DNA of 64,000 nt from Felis catus (lineage: Eukaryota): the NCBI RefSeq assembly GCF_018350175.1, contig NC_058368.1, forward strand, positions 103,914,001-103,978,000, given 5' to 3'. This document shows positions 51,075 through 62,856 of this stretch, in pieces. A model generated the notes under the pieces. The model saw only the letters and a program-made list of their open reading frames with translations, did not search any database and was not told where the DNA came from. The stretch's first letter is position 1. The number at the start of each line of letters is the position of its first letter. Position numbers and translations under genes: made by a program.

Positions 51075-51275
51075 TTTATTTCTTTTTTTAAAGTTTATTT
51101 ATTTTATTGTGACAGAGAGAGACAGAATGTGAGCAGAGGAGGGGCAGAGAGAGCAGGAGAGAGAAAATCCCCAGAAGGCTAGGTGCTGTCACCTTGAACT
51201 CACCAACTGTGTGATTATGACCCTCGCCAAAATCCAGAGTCGGATGCTTACCCAAGTGAACCACCCAGATGCCCC
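51075..51275 (-). mobile_element. SINEC
   Basis: Antisense body. taattttattt flanks. Confidence 0.85.
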
Positions 51276-51540
51276 TAATTTTATTTTTGACTACTACTAA
51301 AAGTAGGAATTAAATTCTGATTCTAGTCATCCTGTGATCATAACACACAGGGAAACATTCTGTTGTGATCTGGTATGCTTTTAGAGGTAGAAGCCAATAC
51401 AAAGAAGCACAGGGCCCCAAAGGAAGGAGGCGAATGCACTTACTTTCCCAAGAGAATAGACTGTAATAATTACTCTCGCCTCAGGAAATTTATTGAAAAC
51501 TGTCATTTTGCAATTGGTACTTCCAACATTTCTGGGTAAT

Positions 51541-51765
51541 GGGGCGGCTGGGTGGCTCAGTCGGCGGAGCGTCTGACTTCGGTTCAGGTCATGATCTCAT
51601 AGTCCGGGAGTTCAAGCTCCGCGTCGGGCTTTATGCTGATAGCTCAGAGCCTGGAGCCTGTTTCAGATTCTGTGTCTCCCTCTCTCTCTGACCCTCCCCC
51701 GTTCATGCTCTGTCTCTCTCTGTCTCAAAAATAAATAAATGTTAAAAAAAAAAATTTTTTTTTTA
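51541..51765 (+). mobile_element. SINEC_Fc
   Basis: Full body and tail. Confidence 0.92.
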
Positions 51766-52284
51766 AAGTTTCCCCCCCCCTTCATTCTTTTAGTTTCTAT
51801 AAGACGGAAAGGGATACAGCTGTAACCACGAAGTCTAGAGCCCCTTCCTTGAGGCCAGCATTCTGTTACTTCAATGCTGTATTCCATTAATAGATGCACA
51901 TTCCAGCACAAAGCACAGTGCCTGGACCAGACCCCAGTTCTCCTGACTTCCAGCCTAGAGTCTTTCCAACAAGTTGTGCGCATGTGTGTGTGTGGGGGGG
52001 GGGGGGGCACGTGGAGAGTGGGAGTGACTTGTGTGTGACCCGAAACAGAAGAATGTGAAGCATCCCATGGCCATCACCTGCCCCTTCCCACCATCTGACA
52101 TCCAAGGGTCTGGTCCTGATATATAAACGTGATAGGTTTTGACTGAGGTTCTGTGTATGTATATATTGTAAATAACCATTTACTGAACTCTTTTCCAGTG
52201 GACTGTGACCTCACTCAGAGCACATAGGTGCTTATTTATTTTAAATCTCTATCATGCAGAATATAGTTTGGCACATGAAAGGCA

Positions 52285-52306
52285 AAAGAAAGAAAGAAAG
52301 AAAGAA

Positions 52307-52390
<84 letters not shown>
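52285..52390. repeat. (GAAA)n microsatellite
   Basis: Directly visible. Confidence 0.97.
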
Positions 52391-52484
52391 AAATACTGGT
52401 TAGAATAAAGGAAGGAAGGAAAGAAGGAAGGCCAGACTGCAAAATTTGCCTCAAATGATGGGTCTATTTATAAAACTGAAACTG

Positions 52485-52702
52485 AGGCACCTGGGTGTCT
52501 CAGTCGGTTGACTGTCGGACTTTAGCTTGGGTCATGATCTCACAGCTTGTGCTTTCGAGGCCCATCGGGCTCTGTGCTGACAGCTCAGAGCCTGGAACCT
52601 GCTTTGGATTCTGTGTCTCCCTCTCTGTCCCTCCCCCATTTACACTCTCTGTCTCTCTCTGAAGATAAATAAATAAATAAAACATTAAAAAATAAAATAA
52701 GA
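52485..52702 (+). mobile_element. SINEC_Fc
   Basis: Body and tail. tataaaactgaaac flanks both sides. Confidence 0.88.
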
Positions 52703-53446
52703 TATAAAACTGAAACAAAAAGTAAAAGCAAAATAAATCCGTGGCTACTTGAGGGAAACAAAAAAACTTTCTTGTTTGTCTGAAGGGTTTTCTCCATTCG
52801 CTCCTCCCCTGTTCCTCCTGTGCTATCGTTTTTGTTAAGCAATTCTTAGAAAGGAATACCATCAGAAAACCAATTGGAAGAAAGGATAACAAAATGCTAA
52901 CAGGAATTGTTGAAAAGGAGTAACATGAAAGCAGGTAAAAAGGAAAGAAAATCCAAAGAAATAAAAAGTGTGCAACTGGTGATATAAAGAAAAAAATTTA
53001 ACAACAGTAACTCCTTTGAATAATTCAGTATTAACTGCTTCAAAACAGTGTCCTAATTGCACTATGCAGACTGATTCCTCAGAACATTTCACAGGGAGCA
53101 AAACAGCACATGTGAAACCCAGGCACAAGGAAAGAGCACAGCCAGTGCTTATAAGGAGGGCATGATCATCAGTTCCCAGAACAAGGAAAGGAAGTTGCTG
53201 TATGAATGTTTCCCTAAGAAAAACTGAGAGATTCCCTAACTTACAATCGTTGCCTGTGGATTATAAACAGTGATTCTTGGACTTACTTCGGAGCCAGACC
53301 ATCTGGGAGTCATGGGACCTCTCTGACCCATTTGAAATACGTGCCGTCCTAGCATAAACCAAAGGTTTTCTTTTTTAAGTTGGAGGTGCGGGGTGAGAGG
53401 ATTTGATTTAAATTTCTTTTTCATGAACTCTCTTTTTCCCCTGCAA

Positions 53447-53449
<3 letters not shown>

Positions 53450-53499
<50 letters not shown>

Positions 53500-54063
53500 C
53501 AAATGTGGGGCACCTGGTTGTCTCAGTAAGTGGAGTATGTGACTCTTCATCCCAGGACTGTGAGTTTGAGACGCATGTTGGATGTAGAGATCCCTTTTAA
53601 AAATTAAAAATTCTTGGGGCACCTGGGTGGCTCAGTTGGTTAAGCGTCCGACTTTGGCTCAGGTCATGATCTCACGGTCCGTGAGTTCGAGCCCCACGTC
53701 AGGCTCTGTGCTGACAGCTCAGAGCCTGGAGCCTGTTTTGGATTCTGTGTCTCCCTTTCTCTCTCTGACCTTCCCCCGTTCATGCTCTGTCTCTCTCTGT
53801 CTCAAAAATAAGTAAACCTTAAAAAAAAAAAATTGAAAATTCTTGAAAAGAAGGTCAGGGGTGCCTGGGTGGCTCAGCTGGTCGAGCATCCAACTCTTGG
53901 TTTTGGCTCACGTCATGATTTCATGATTTCGTGAGTTTGAGCCCTGCATCAGGCTCTGCGCTGGCAGCGTGAAGCCTGCTTGGGATTCTCTCTCTCCCAC
54001 TCTCCCTCTGCTCCTACCCCATTCACGTTCTCTGTCAAAATAAATAAATAAACTTTAAAAAAA
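53450..54063 (+). mobile_element. (CA)n microsatellite (53450-53497) followed by three tandem SINEs (53507-53610, 53616-53832, 53857-54063)
   Basis: Three heads: ggggcacc, ggggcacc, ggggtgcc. Confidence 0.9.
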
Positions 54064-54339
54064 GGTCCAATGCTACTACTCAACATTAGAACATCTCAGG
54101 TCATCTGGAGTTCCAAAAGATTATGGCTGAGAACCACCGGTTAGAAACAACCACCCAATGATTCCTTCATTCATTCAACACATATTTATTAAGCTCCTAA
54201 CATTAACCAGGTACTGTGGATAGAATGGCAAACACACACCCCTTTGGGGGCGGGGGGGGGGGGGGTGGAGATTCCAATCTTATGGGAGGGGACAGATAAG
54301 AAACAAATGGACAGAGAAGATAATATCTCTATGAGACCA

Positions 54340-54770
54340 TCTCCCACCAACCTTCTCTTCCCTCCTTATACACCAGGCACAGTAGAGAACAGTGGCCTTT
54401 TTTGCTGTCCCTAGACTATGGCCAAGGTCAGACTTGCCTCGACACCTTTAGCCATGTTCTCCCCAGTGGCTGCCCAGATATGCACTCAGACTTCACATGG
54501 CTTCTTCCTTTCCCTCTTTCAAGTCTGACACGTCACGCCTTAAAGAGGCTTCCCTGATCTTCCTGTGTAAAATAGCCCTCCCTCGTTCTCCATTGTTTTC
54601 TGTTTTTGTTGTTTGTATCTCTCATCTGTTGAAATTGTGTTCTTGATGTGCTTATTGTTCTCATTTTCAATTGTCCCACTAGAATGCAAGACCCAACACA
54701 CCATGGATATTTCCTGTTTTGTTCACTTGTATACCTCATGCATGTACAAAAGTGCTGTTAGAAATGCTCA
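54340..54770 (+). mobile_element. L2 3' fragment
   Basis: acatggcttcttcc..ttcaagtct..agaggcttccctga..ccactagaatgcaag..ttttgttcac. Confidence 0.7.
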
Positions 54771-54775
54771 TTTAT

Positions 54776-54986
54776 GGGAAGCCTGGGTGGCTCAGTCAGT
54801 TAAGCATCAGATTCTTGGTTTCTGCTCAAGACATGATCTCACAGTTCATTCAATGGAGCCAGCTTGGGATTCTCTCTCTCATCCTCTGCCCCTCTCCCCT
54901 TCTTATGCTCTCTCTCAAAATAAATAAACATGAAGGAAGGAAGGAAGGAAGGAAGGAAGGAAGGAAGGAAGGAAGGAAGGAAGGAA

Positions 54987-55063
<77 letters not shown>

Positions 55064-55590
55064 AGAAAAGAAATAAAGAGAAAAGGGGTTCCTGGGTGGC
55101 TTAGTCAGTTAAGCGTCAGATTCTTGGTTTCTGCTCAAGACATTATCTTACAGTTCATTCAATGGAGTCCAGTGCTGGGCTTTGCGATGGCAGCATGGAG
55201 CCAGCTTGGGATTCTCTCTCTTATCCTCTGCCCCTCTCCCCTTCTTGTGCTCTCTCAAAATAAATAAACATTAAGAAAGAAAGAAAGAAAGAAAGAAAGG
55301 AAGGAAGGAAGGAAGGAAGGAAGGAAGGAAGGAAGGAAGGAAGGGAGGAAAGAAAGGAAGGAAGGAAGGAAAGGGGCACCTGAATTCAGGCTCAGTTGGT
55401 TAAGCATCTGACTTCACTCAGGTCATGATCTCACGGTTCATGGGTTCGAGCCCCCCACTGGGCTCTGTGCTGACAGCTCAGAGCCTGGAGCCTGCTTCAG
55501 ATTCTGTCTCGTGTCTCTGGCCCTCCCTTGCTCACACTCTGTCTCTCTCTTTCTCTATCAAATACAAAATAAAACATAAAGCATTTAAAA
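54776..55590 (+). mobile_element. Tandemly duplicated SINE plus microsatellite unit (54776-55084, 55085-55372), followed by a third SINE (55373-55590)
   Basis: The first two copies share unusual variants (tcagattcttggtttctgctcaagacat, cagttcattcaatggag, ccagcttgggattctctctc). Each is followed by a GGAA/GAAA tract. Confidence 0.9.
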
Positions 55591-55667
55591 AGAAAAAACA
55601 AATGCCCATTTATTCACATCCACATTGAAAAAGTATCCAGTCAGAGAGCCTCATCTATTACCTGCAC

Positions 55668-56191
55668 TGTGGAAGCCACTCCCCAGACATGGTCCCTGGT
55701 AAACTACACTCCAGGTATTTACACCTTGATTGTGGGCTGGCTCTGGGGCTCACCTTTGACCACTAGAAAGCAGAGCTGAAGCTGCCTGATATCCAAGGCT
55801 ATCTCATAAAAAGCCTTGTGGATTCCCCTTTAGCATTACAGAACACGTGCTCTGGAGGAAGTCAGCCATCAGGTAAAAAGTCGAAGTATACAGAGATGGC
55901 CATGTTGTAAGGAAACCCACCTGGCCACGGGGCGGGCCATGCAGGGAGACAAAATGCTCCACTACTCTCCACCTGTTCCAGCTATCCCAGCTGAAGGACC
56001 AGACATAGGAGGTGCATGTCTAGCTCCATCGAGTCTTCAAATGACTCCAACGACAATGACTGCCTGAGAGACCCCTATGAGAACTGTGCAGCTGAGCCCT
56101 GTCAACCCACCGTACCATGAGAGGAAATATTAAATTATCGTTTTAAGCCACAAACTTTGAAGTAGTTATGCAGCAATATTTAACGACAAAA
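55668..56191 (+). mobile_element. MLT1-type (MaLR) solo LTR
   Basis: Starts tgtgg, has cagctgagccc..tcaaccc..ttttaagccac..ttatgcagcaata end motif. Near-TSD tgcac/tgcag. Confidence 0.78.
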
Positions 56192-56542
56192 TGCAGCCAC
56201 CAAAGATAGCTCTAGACTCCAACAGTTCTTTGCTCACAAACATCATACACGTGTAGGGTCCTTGGGATCTCCCTCCCACACACTCTCTGGTAAGGTACGT
56301 TTCTCTGACATTCTGCTCACTCTCCTACACCCCTACAACTACCCAGTGAAACTCAGGAAAGCTGAATTTTCATCCTCAAGGGATCACTGTCATCTTGGCC
56401 AAGTCCCTCAACCCTCTGAAGCTCAGGCTCTTCTCTGAAAAAGGACTGTAGATTTCATTTGAAATTTTTGTTCAGTGTGGCACAAGCAACACTTTTCCCC
56501 TTCTTCAAATATAAACTAATACAGAACACAAATACATGAAAG

Positions 56543-56714
56543 AGGGGCCCCTGGGTAGCTAAGCTGGTTAGGCATCCAACTTCAGCTCAGGTCATGATCT
56601 CGCAGTTCGTGAGTTCGAGCCCCGCGTGGGGCTCTGTGCTGACAGCTCAGAGCCTGGAGCCTGCTTCAGATTCTGTGTCTCCCTCTCTCTCTGCCCTTCC
56701 CTGCTTGTGTTCTG

Positions 56715-56750
<36 letters not shown>

Positions 56751-56783
56751 TCAAAAATAAACATTAAAAAAACTTAAAAAAAA
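56543..56783 (+). mobile_element. SINEC_Fc
   Basis: Full body. TSD aaatacatgaaagag. Confidence 0.93.
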
Positions 56784-57079
56784 AAATACATGAAAGAGAT
56801 TTAAGAGGAAGAGGTCTAGCAGAAGCAGGAGAGGCTGTGTATCTGAGTGGTGCTAAAAGGGAGGCTGTTGTCAGAAGACCTCAGTTGAAAGGCCGGCTCC
56901 TCAACTCTCTAGTTCAAAGAGCCCTGACTCTCGCAGAACCTGGTGTGAAAACCACATACCGGATGGTCTCAGGGGCTTCCTTACTTCACATGTGACCTGT
57001 AACTAACCATACAGAAAACAGATATCTACTTTAAACCTCTGGGGTCGATTTCAATGTATTAATTATGTGGCATTGTGTA

Positions 57080-57272
57080 TTTTATTTTTATTTTCATTTG
57101 ACACAGAGAGTATGCATGCCTGAGCCAGGGAAAAGGGCAGAGGAAGAATCCTAAGCAGGCTCCACACTCAGCACAGAGACCGATGTGGGGCTCAATCTCA
57201 CAACCCTGGGATCATGACCTGAGCTGAAATCTAGAGTTGGACACTCAACTGACTGAGCTACCCAGGTTCCCC
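57080..57272 (-). mobile_element. SINEC
   Basis: Antisense body. TSD tgtgtatttt. Confidence 0.88.
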
Positions 57273-58817
57273 TGTGTATTTTAATTTTTAAAAAGAACAT
57301 TGGACCGGCAGAGTTTTGTTTACTGCTGCTGCTTTCTCCCAGAACATGACTTAGACTAGTGTTTCCCAGCTACTGCTGGCCCCTACACCAGGAAGCCCTT
57401 ACCACCTTGTCCACTTCTCTCAACATGGATGCTAAACTTGGTTCGTGCCTCATCCCTAGAGAGAGGAAGAGAATATTTCAAGTTTTCCCATTTGCAGTAT
57501 AACCTGGCTTGGGAAATACTGGTTTAGAACCATTCTATTTTTAAATATTTTAAATATAGAACCATTCTTTTTTTAAATATTATTCTCAAAGATGTGCAGA
57601 GTAGGAGATTCCATGCCTTACTATAGATTTCCATTCCAATGTTTAATGGCTGTGCTCATCAGGAAATTTCCCTTCCTATAAGTAAATGCTTCTCAACTTT
57701 CATTCTTAAAACTTTTTTTTCGAAGTCTTAAAATCAAACCCTTCAGGGTCACCATGGGGCTCTCTTCTGAACTCGTGCAGTGTTTTCCATTTTCTCCTTT
57801 GAACACTGAGCTTAAATTGAAAACGGGAATGGTCTGATGAGTGTTCATGAATTTCTTTGACTTATGACACTGATACATTGAATATTATGCATAGTGATGA
57901 CAGCTTGTATCTTGGTAAGAATATCAACAGCTTCTTAAACATGTCGTCAGACAATAGTTATGAAATTACAGGCATGTGATGATCCTTTAGTGTACCTCTA
58001 TTGACTAATAAATACATTGCCTGCCATTTGTTATCAATTAGGCAATTACTTGACCACACCTTACACTCTTATCTCCACTCAAATCTCTAAACTCATATTT
58101 GAACTCTGCCCCTGAGACTATGCACGCACAGTGTATCTGATCAATGTAAAAAAGACACTGACTTTGGTCGATATTCCAAGCCGTTAAGTAGGAGTCTTCT
58201 GCAACCTGAAAGGTGATGGATTAGGCATTTACTACTGGATCTGATTAAGTAACTGGAAAAAGTAACAGCTAGAACTCTTCTTTGATGTTAGAAACAAGAA
58301 ATTAGGTGCCCAGAGGCTAGGAGGAAGAAAAGTAAAGGGTCTGTTATTGGAGCAAAATCAAGGAGCCCTCTAAAATATATTTCAGACATAATCTTACGTT
58401 TCTATTTGTCACACTACAGTGAAATTTCCCCTATCATCTACTGCTGCTGCCTTTTAAATACCGCATTCCACTTTCCTGTATGATAGCCCCATGAATAAAC
58501 AAATTATGAAGCTGTCTGACAAAGTCTTTTAAACCCAGACAAACATCACTAAGTAAAATAATAACATTTACTTCCTCCTTTGTAATTCTTCCCCGTTCTG
58601 GGGAAGGACTAGCTGCTATTTCCACCACCTGCCCCTAAACCCACCCCCCTCCCTTCCTTTCTCCCTTAAGATCACACTATTTTCAGTCCTCATCCTACAC
58701 ATTACAGAACAAGTTTGAGGGCACCCAAGTGCGCATTGATTGAGCTGTAAGCCCATGCTGAGGAAGCTTTCAACACTGGTTTTTATTCACGCATCAAAAG
58801 AGGCCTAGCCAAGGTAT

Positions 58818-59392
58818 CTCAAAAGGTTAAACATGTAACTACCATCTGACCAGCAATTCCACTCCTAGATATATACCCAAAAGAAATGAAAGCAAGGACG
58901 TGAACAGGTATTTGTGTGTCGTTCACAGCACTATTATTCACAAGAGCCAAAAGGTAGAAACAGGTCAAGTGTCCATGAACAGGTCAACAGATAAACAAAT
59001 GTGGGGTATACACACAATGGATTATTATTCAGCCATAAAAAAAAGAATGAAGTGATGAGATACGCTATAACTTAGGCGGAACTTGAAAACATTATACGCA
59101 GTGAGACAAGCCAAACATAGCAAGAAAAATATCACATGACTGCACTTACATGAAGTATCCAGAACAGACAAATTCAAAGACACACAAAGTAGAATAAAGG
59201 TTACCAGGGACCCAGAGGAAGGGAGGAAGGCTTATTGTTGAATGGATACAGAGTTGATGTTGGATAGGACAAAAGTTTTGGGCATAGAGAGTGGTAACTT
59301 TTACACATACTGTGAGTATATTTAATGTCACTGAATGTACGCTGGCCAATGGCGAAAATGATATTATGTATACTTTACTGCAATAAAAAAAT
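58818..59392 (+). mobile_element. L1MB-like 3' end
   Basis: ccagcaattccactcctagatatatacccaaaagaaatgaaa, gttcacagcactattattcaca, tattattcagccataaaaa, ending caataaaaaaa. Confidence 0.9.
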
Positions 59393-59797
59393 AGTTGGGG
59401 CAAAAACTGAGCTCTCCTCTGATCCGTAGTGGGTGCTGTTAGGAAGGCACCCGAGATTTAAGGAGAGAGTACTACCCAGTTTAGGACGGTGATAACCTCC
59501 TATATTTCAGGCCCACACCTGTCATGAGTAGGAAAGTTGGCTAGAGAAGGAACCTGGCGGCTGAAGGTGTAATGTCCCCAGGAAAAGCCAGGAAGGGATA
59601 CCTAAGAGAGCTTGCAAACCTTCTGGTCACACAAAGCCTTCCCCACCACACCCAGCCAGGCTTCCACAGGAGTCAATGGTGAAGAGCAACCCCCCTTTGC
59701 AGCAAAATAGGTGAGAAAGAGAGAGCGCATGAGAGACGGGGCACGATCTGCCAGGCCCACTCTCGTAGATTTTACAAAAACATTTTTATTTTATTTT

Positions 59798-60026
59798 CTT
59801 TTTTTTTTTAATTTTTTTTTCAACATTTTTTATTTACTTTTGGGACAGAGAGAGACAGAGCACGAACGGGGGAGGGCCAGAAAGAGAGGGAGACACAGAA
59901 TCGGAAACAGGCTCCAGGCTCTGAGCCATCAGCCCAGAGCCTGACGCGGGGCTGGAACTCACGGACCGCGAGATCGTGACCTGGCTGAAGTCGGACGCTT
60001 AACCGACTGCGCCACCCAGGCGCCCC
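59798..60026 (-). mobile_element. Young SINEC_Fc
   Basis: CpG-rich antisense body. TSD tattttatttt. Confidence 0.96.
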
Positions 60027-60564
60027 TATTTTATTTTTTCCAAGTGTTAGGACAATTTTGGAGCAAGCAGGCTACAAAAAGATGCTTTCGTTCTCTCAGC
60101 CTAATCACACAGCTAGTAAATGAAAAGGCAAAAAGAAATCTTTGGAAAGGCCTTGATCCCCCAACTGTGTGCAGTTATCCGAAAGGGTAGGTGTTTTCTT
60201 TGACACACACCCTATATACACAGATACACAAACATAAACAAAAACACTATGGTTCCGTAGTCTCTGCCATTATTCTGAAATCTAAAATTTAAATTTAAAG
60301 AAACAGAAAGGCCTTGCAGCCGCAGGCAGGGCCGAAAGATCGCTCCCCCCCCCCCCCCCCAGCCATGTCATGAACTATTGTTGCCACTTGTAATTGTTTT
60401 AAAGTCAGTTTGGGCTTCCAACAATAAGGTTTTACATTCCTCTTACTGTCAACGACTTAGAAAATCACCAACACACACTTTATTTGTTATAATAAGGGAA
60501 TGTTTAGAAGGATGCCTGGCACCTAGAAGCTCTCAAAACTATGTGAAAGAAATGGATGATGTGG

Positions 60565-60809
60565 GTTTTTTTTTTAATTTTTTAATATTTAAAAATATTT
60601 ATTTACTTATTTACTTACTTACTTATTTACGTACTTATTTATTTATTTTGATGGGGTGGGAAGGGGCAGAGAGAGAGAGAGGGAGACACACAATCCAAAG
60701 CAGGCTCCAGGCTCTGAGCTGTCCGCGCAGGGGCTCAAACCCACAAACCGTGAGATCATGACCAGAGCCCAAGTCGGACGTCCAACCAACTGGGCCACCC
60801 AGGCGCCCC
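60565..60809 (-). mobile_element. SINEC_Fc with a (TTAC/TTAT)n tail
   Basis: Antisense body. tgga(t/g)gatgt flanks. Confidence 0.9.
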
Positions 60810-61069
60810 TGGAGGATGTTTCAAATGCAAACTTTGAGACAGATTCAGCAAGCCAAAACCTCACCAAAAAGCGGGAAGAAGAGGCATTCCTTTTCCAGGT
60901 GGGGGGCACAGTCGACGCTAAGTTGCTAATGAGATTTTGAGGAACGCTCTCCCTGCACCCCCACCCCCACCCCTCTCCCCACCCCCATAACGGGGAAGGG
61001 TTAACCAGACAACCTCTAGAGACAACCACGTCTCGCTACCTTTGTCACTGAACTGACCTATTGTTGGAG

Positions 61070-61990
61070 CCCCGACGGAGCAGTCCCCAATGAGGCAATA
61101 TCCTGTCTGAATAATTTAGGCCGGGACACCGCGCAGCCCACAGCGCGCATCTGGGAGACCGAGCGCCTCGCTCAGTCCGAACCATTTCCTGTAGCCGCAG
61201 AAGGCCGCCCGTTTTTAAAACTCCCCGGTTACAGCTGGAGGGGGGGTGCTAGGGGGGCGGGAGGAAGCCCAACTTACCAGGAGGCTAAATATACGGAGCC
61301 TACTTAGGCAACTGTTCCACCTGCGTGGCCAATTAGCTTCCTCCCCCAGCCAGACTAGTTCAACAGGTTTGCAGGCGCTCGGGCCGGGCCTCGCGGGTTG
61401 GGGCAGGAGGCTGTCACTTGCCTTCGGCCCTCCCCTTCCCTCCCCGGCCCGCACGCCGGCGCCGACCAATCGCGGCCGCCCGGACGTGTCCAGGTTGGCG
61501 GCCCCGCGGCTCCGGGCCGGCCTGGATGCGCTGAGCGGCCGGGAGCGCGCGAGGAGGGCGCACGGAGGGCGCGGGGAGAGGCGCGGCTCGTGGGGCCTGC
61601 GCCCGGAACGCTGGGAGCCGCGAGGGGACGTCTGAAGGTGCCCTCCACCCGCGGCCCCGATGACCGAACTACAGCAAGATGTGGAAGACGCAAAGCCTGC
61701 CAAAGTGCTCGCGAAGAGAGACAGCAAAGTTGGCTCAGCCCAGTAAGTAGCGTCCGGCCCCGGGCGGGCGGGAGCGCGCTGCCCAAACTTCTGTGCCGGG
61801 GACGGGTTTGGCTTGGAACTTGACCGTGGACGGACAGCCCCGTGGCTTGAACTCTTTCGGGGGGCGCCCGTGCTCTTCTTTCTCTCCGATGCTGTAGTGG
61901 GGAACGAGGCACAGCAGCGTTTGAGGAACGGACCGCAACTTGCAGTCTGGTGGGGATGTGAAGGATTGGAGCGAAAGCACGATTGGCGTG
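61070..61990 (+). promoter_or_regulatory. CpG island promoter of GRAMD2B exon 1c
   Basis: Dense GC/CpG non-repeat sequence, strongest at about 61370-61930. CCAAT at 61329-61333 and 61466-61470, GC-box-like motifs, and it spans an ATG exon and donor. Confidence 0.9.
61660..61742 (+). CDS. GRAMD2B: First coding exon 1c (canonical isoform) of GRAM domain-containing protein 2B
   Basis: 27 codons, MTELQQDVEDAKPAKVLAKRDSKVGSA, plus CA, then donor GTAAGT at 61743. Matches the recalled human GRAMD2B N-terminus MTELQQDVEDTKPAKVLGKRESKLGSAH. Confidence 0.95.
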
Positions 61991-62324
61991 GTATCTGTCC
62001 CGAGGGAGGTCTGGGGCAGGCATTCAGATGTCTAAGTCAGGTCAAGGAACAGCGCTGACCCTTTCTTCTGTTCCTTACTTCTTCGTGACGTGTATGAAGA
62101 CGAAGCTACCTCGCAGAGGCCATCTGGTTATTAGTTTCACAGCGATGTGTATTTTGTCATTTGATCCGGAACTAAAGGGTCTTTTCCCCATCTCCTTCGT
62201 TTCTGCTCAAGTGAGAGAAGTAGGAGAAAACATGAAATACGCTTTATCTTTCCCTTCAAGGACTGTCTGCCTTTGCTTGGGAACTTGACACAAACTCGCT
62301 ACATACTTTTCTTTTTTTTCCTTT

Positions 62325-62363
<39 letters not shown>

Positions 62364-62622
62364 TTTTTTGAGAGAGAGAGGGTGGGGGAGCGGCTGTAGG
62401 AGCACAATGAATATATAATAACATAAAACATTTCGAACATTGGGTTATGACAATCCTCTTAAAAGATTCATGTTCATAATAGGATTGGCACATTGCTGGG
62501 CCTAGAAACTCCTCTGGTTTCAGAAACGGAAAACTCGGATACTTGGATCACAAGGATTACCTTCCTGTAACAAAACTTATTTATCTTCCCCTGTACTACT
62601 GTTTTTAAAATCCAGAAGTATT

Positions 62623-62856
62623 GGGGCGCCTGGGTGGCGCAGTCGGTTAAGCGTCCGACTTCAGCCAGGTCACGATCTCGCGGTCCGTGAGTTCGAGCCC
62701 CGCGTCGGGCTCTGGGCCGATGGCTCAGAGCCTGGAGCCTGTTTCCAATTCCGTGTCTCCCTCTCTCTCTGCCCCTCCCCCGTTCATGCTCTCTCTCTCT
62801 CTCTCTCTCTCTGTCCCAAAAATAAATAAAAAACGTTGAAAAAAAAAATTTTTTTA
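62623..62856 (+). mobile_element. Young SINEC_Fc in the intron after exon 1c
   Basis: CpG-rich full body. Imperfect TSD aaaatccagaagtatt / aaaatccgtaagtatt. Confidence 0.96.

Noticed and set aside
54719..55267. 182-aa Lys/Glu/Arg-rich ORF
   Set aside because: Made of SINE and GGAA/GAAA microsatellite sequence.
61215..62058. Long overlapping ORFs of up to 222 aa in the CpG island
   Set aside because: Expected from stop-codon scarcity in GC-rich DNA. They are Pro/Arg/Gly/Ala-rich with no recognisable domain, and the real exon is in a frame not listed.
1609..62856. tRNA genes suggested by A-box and B-box motifs (gtggctcagtcggttaag, gagttcgagccc)
   Set aside because: All are heads of tRNA-derived SINEs followed by SINE bodies and A-rich tails.
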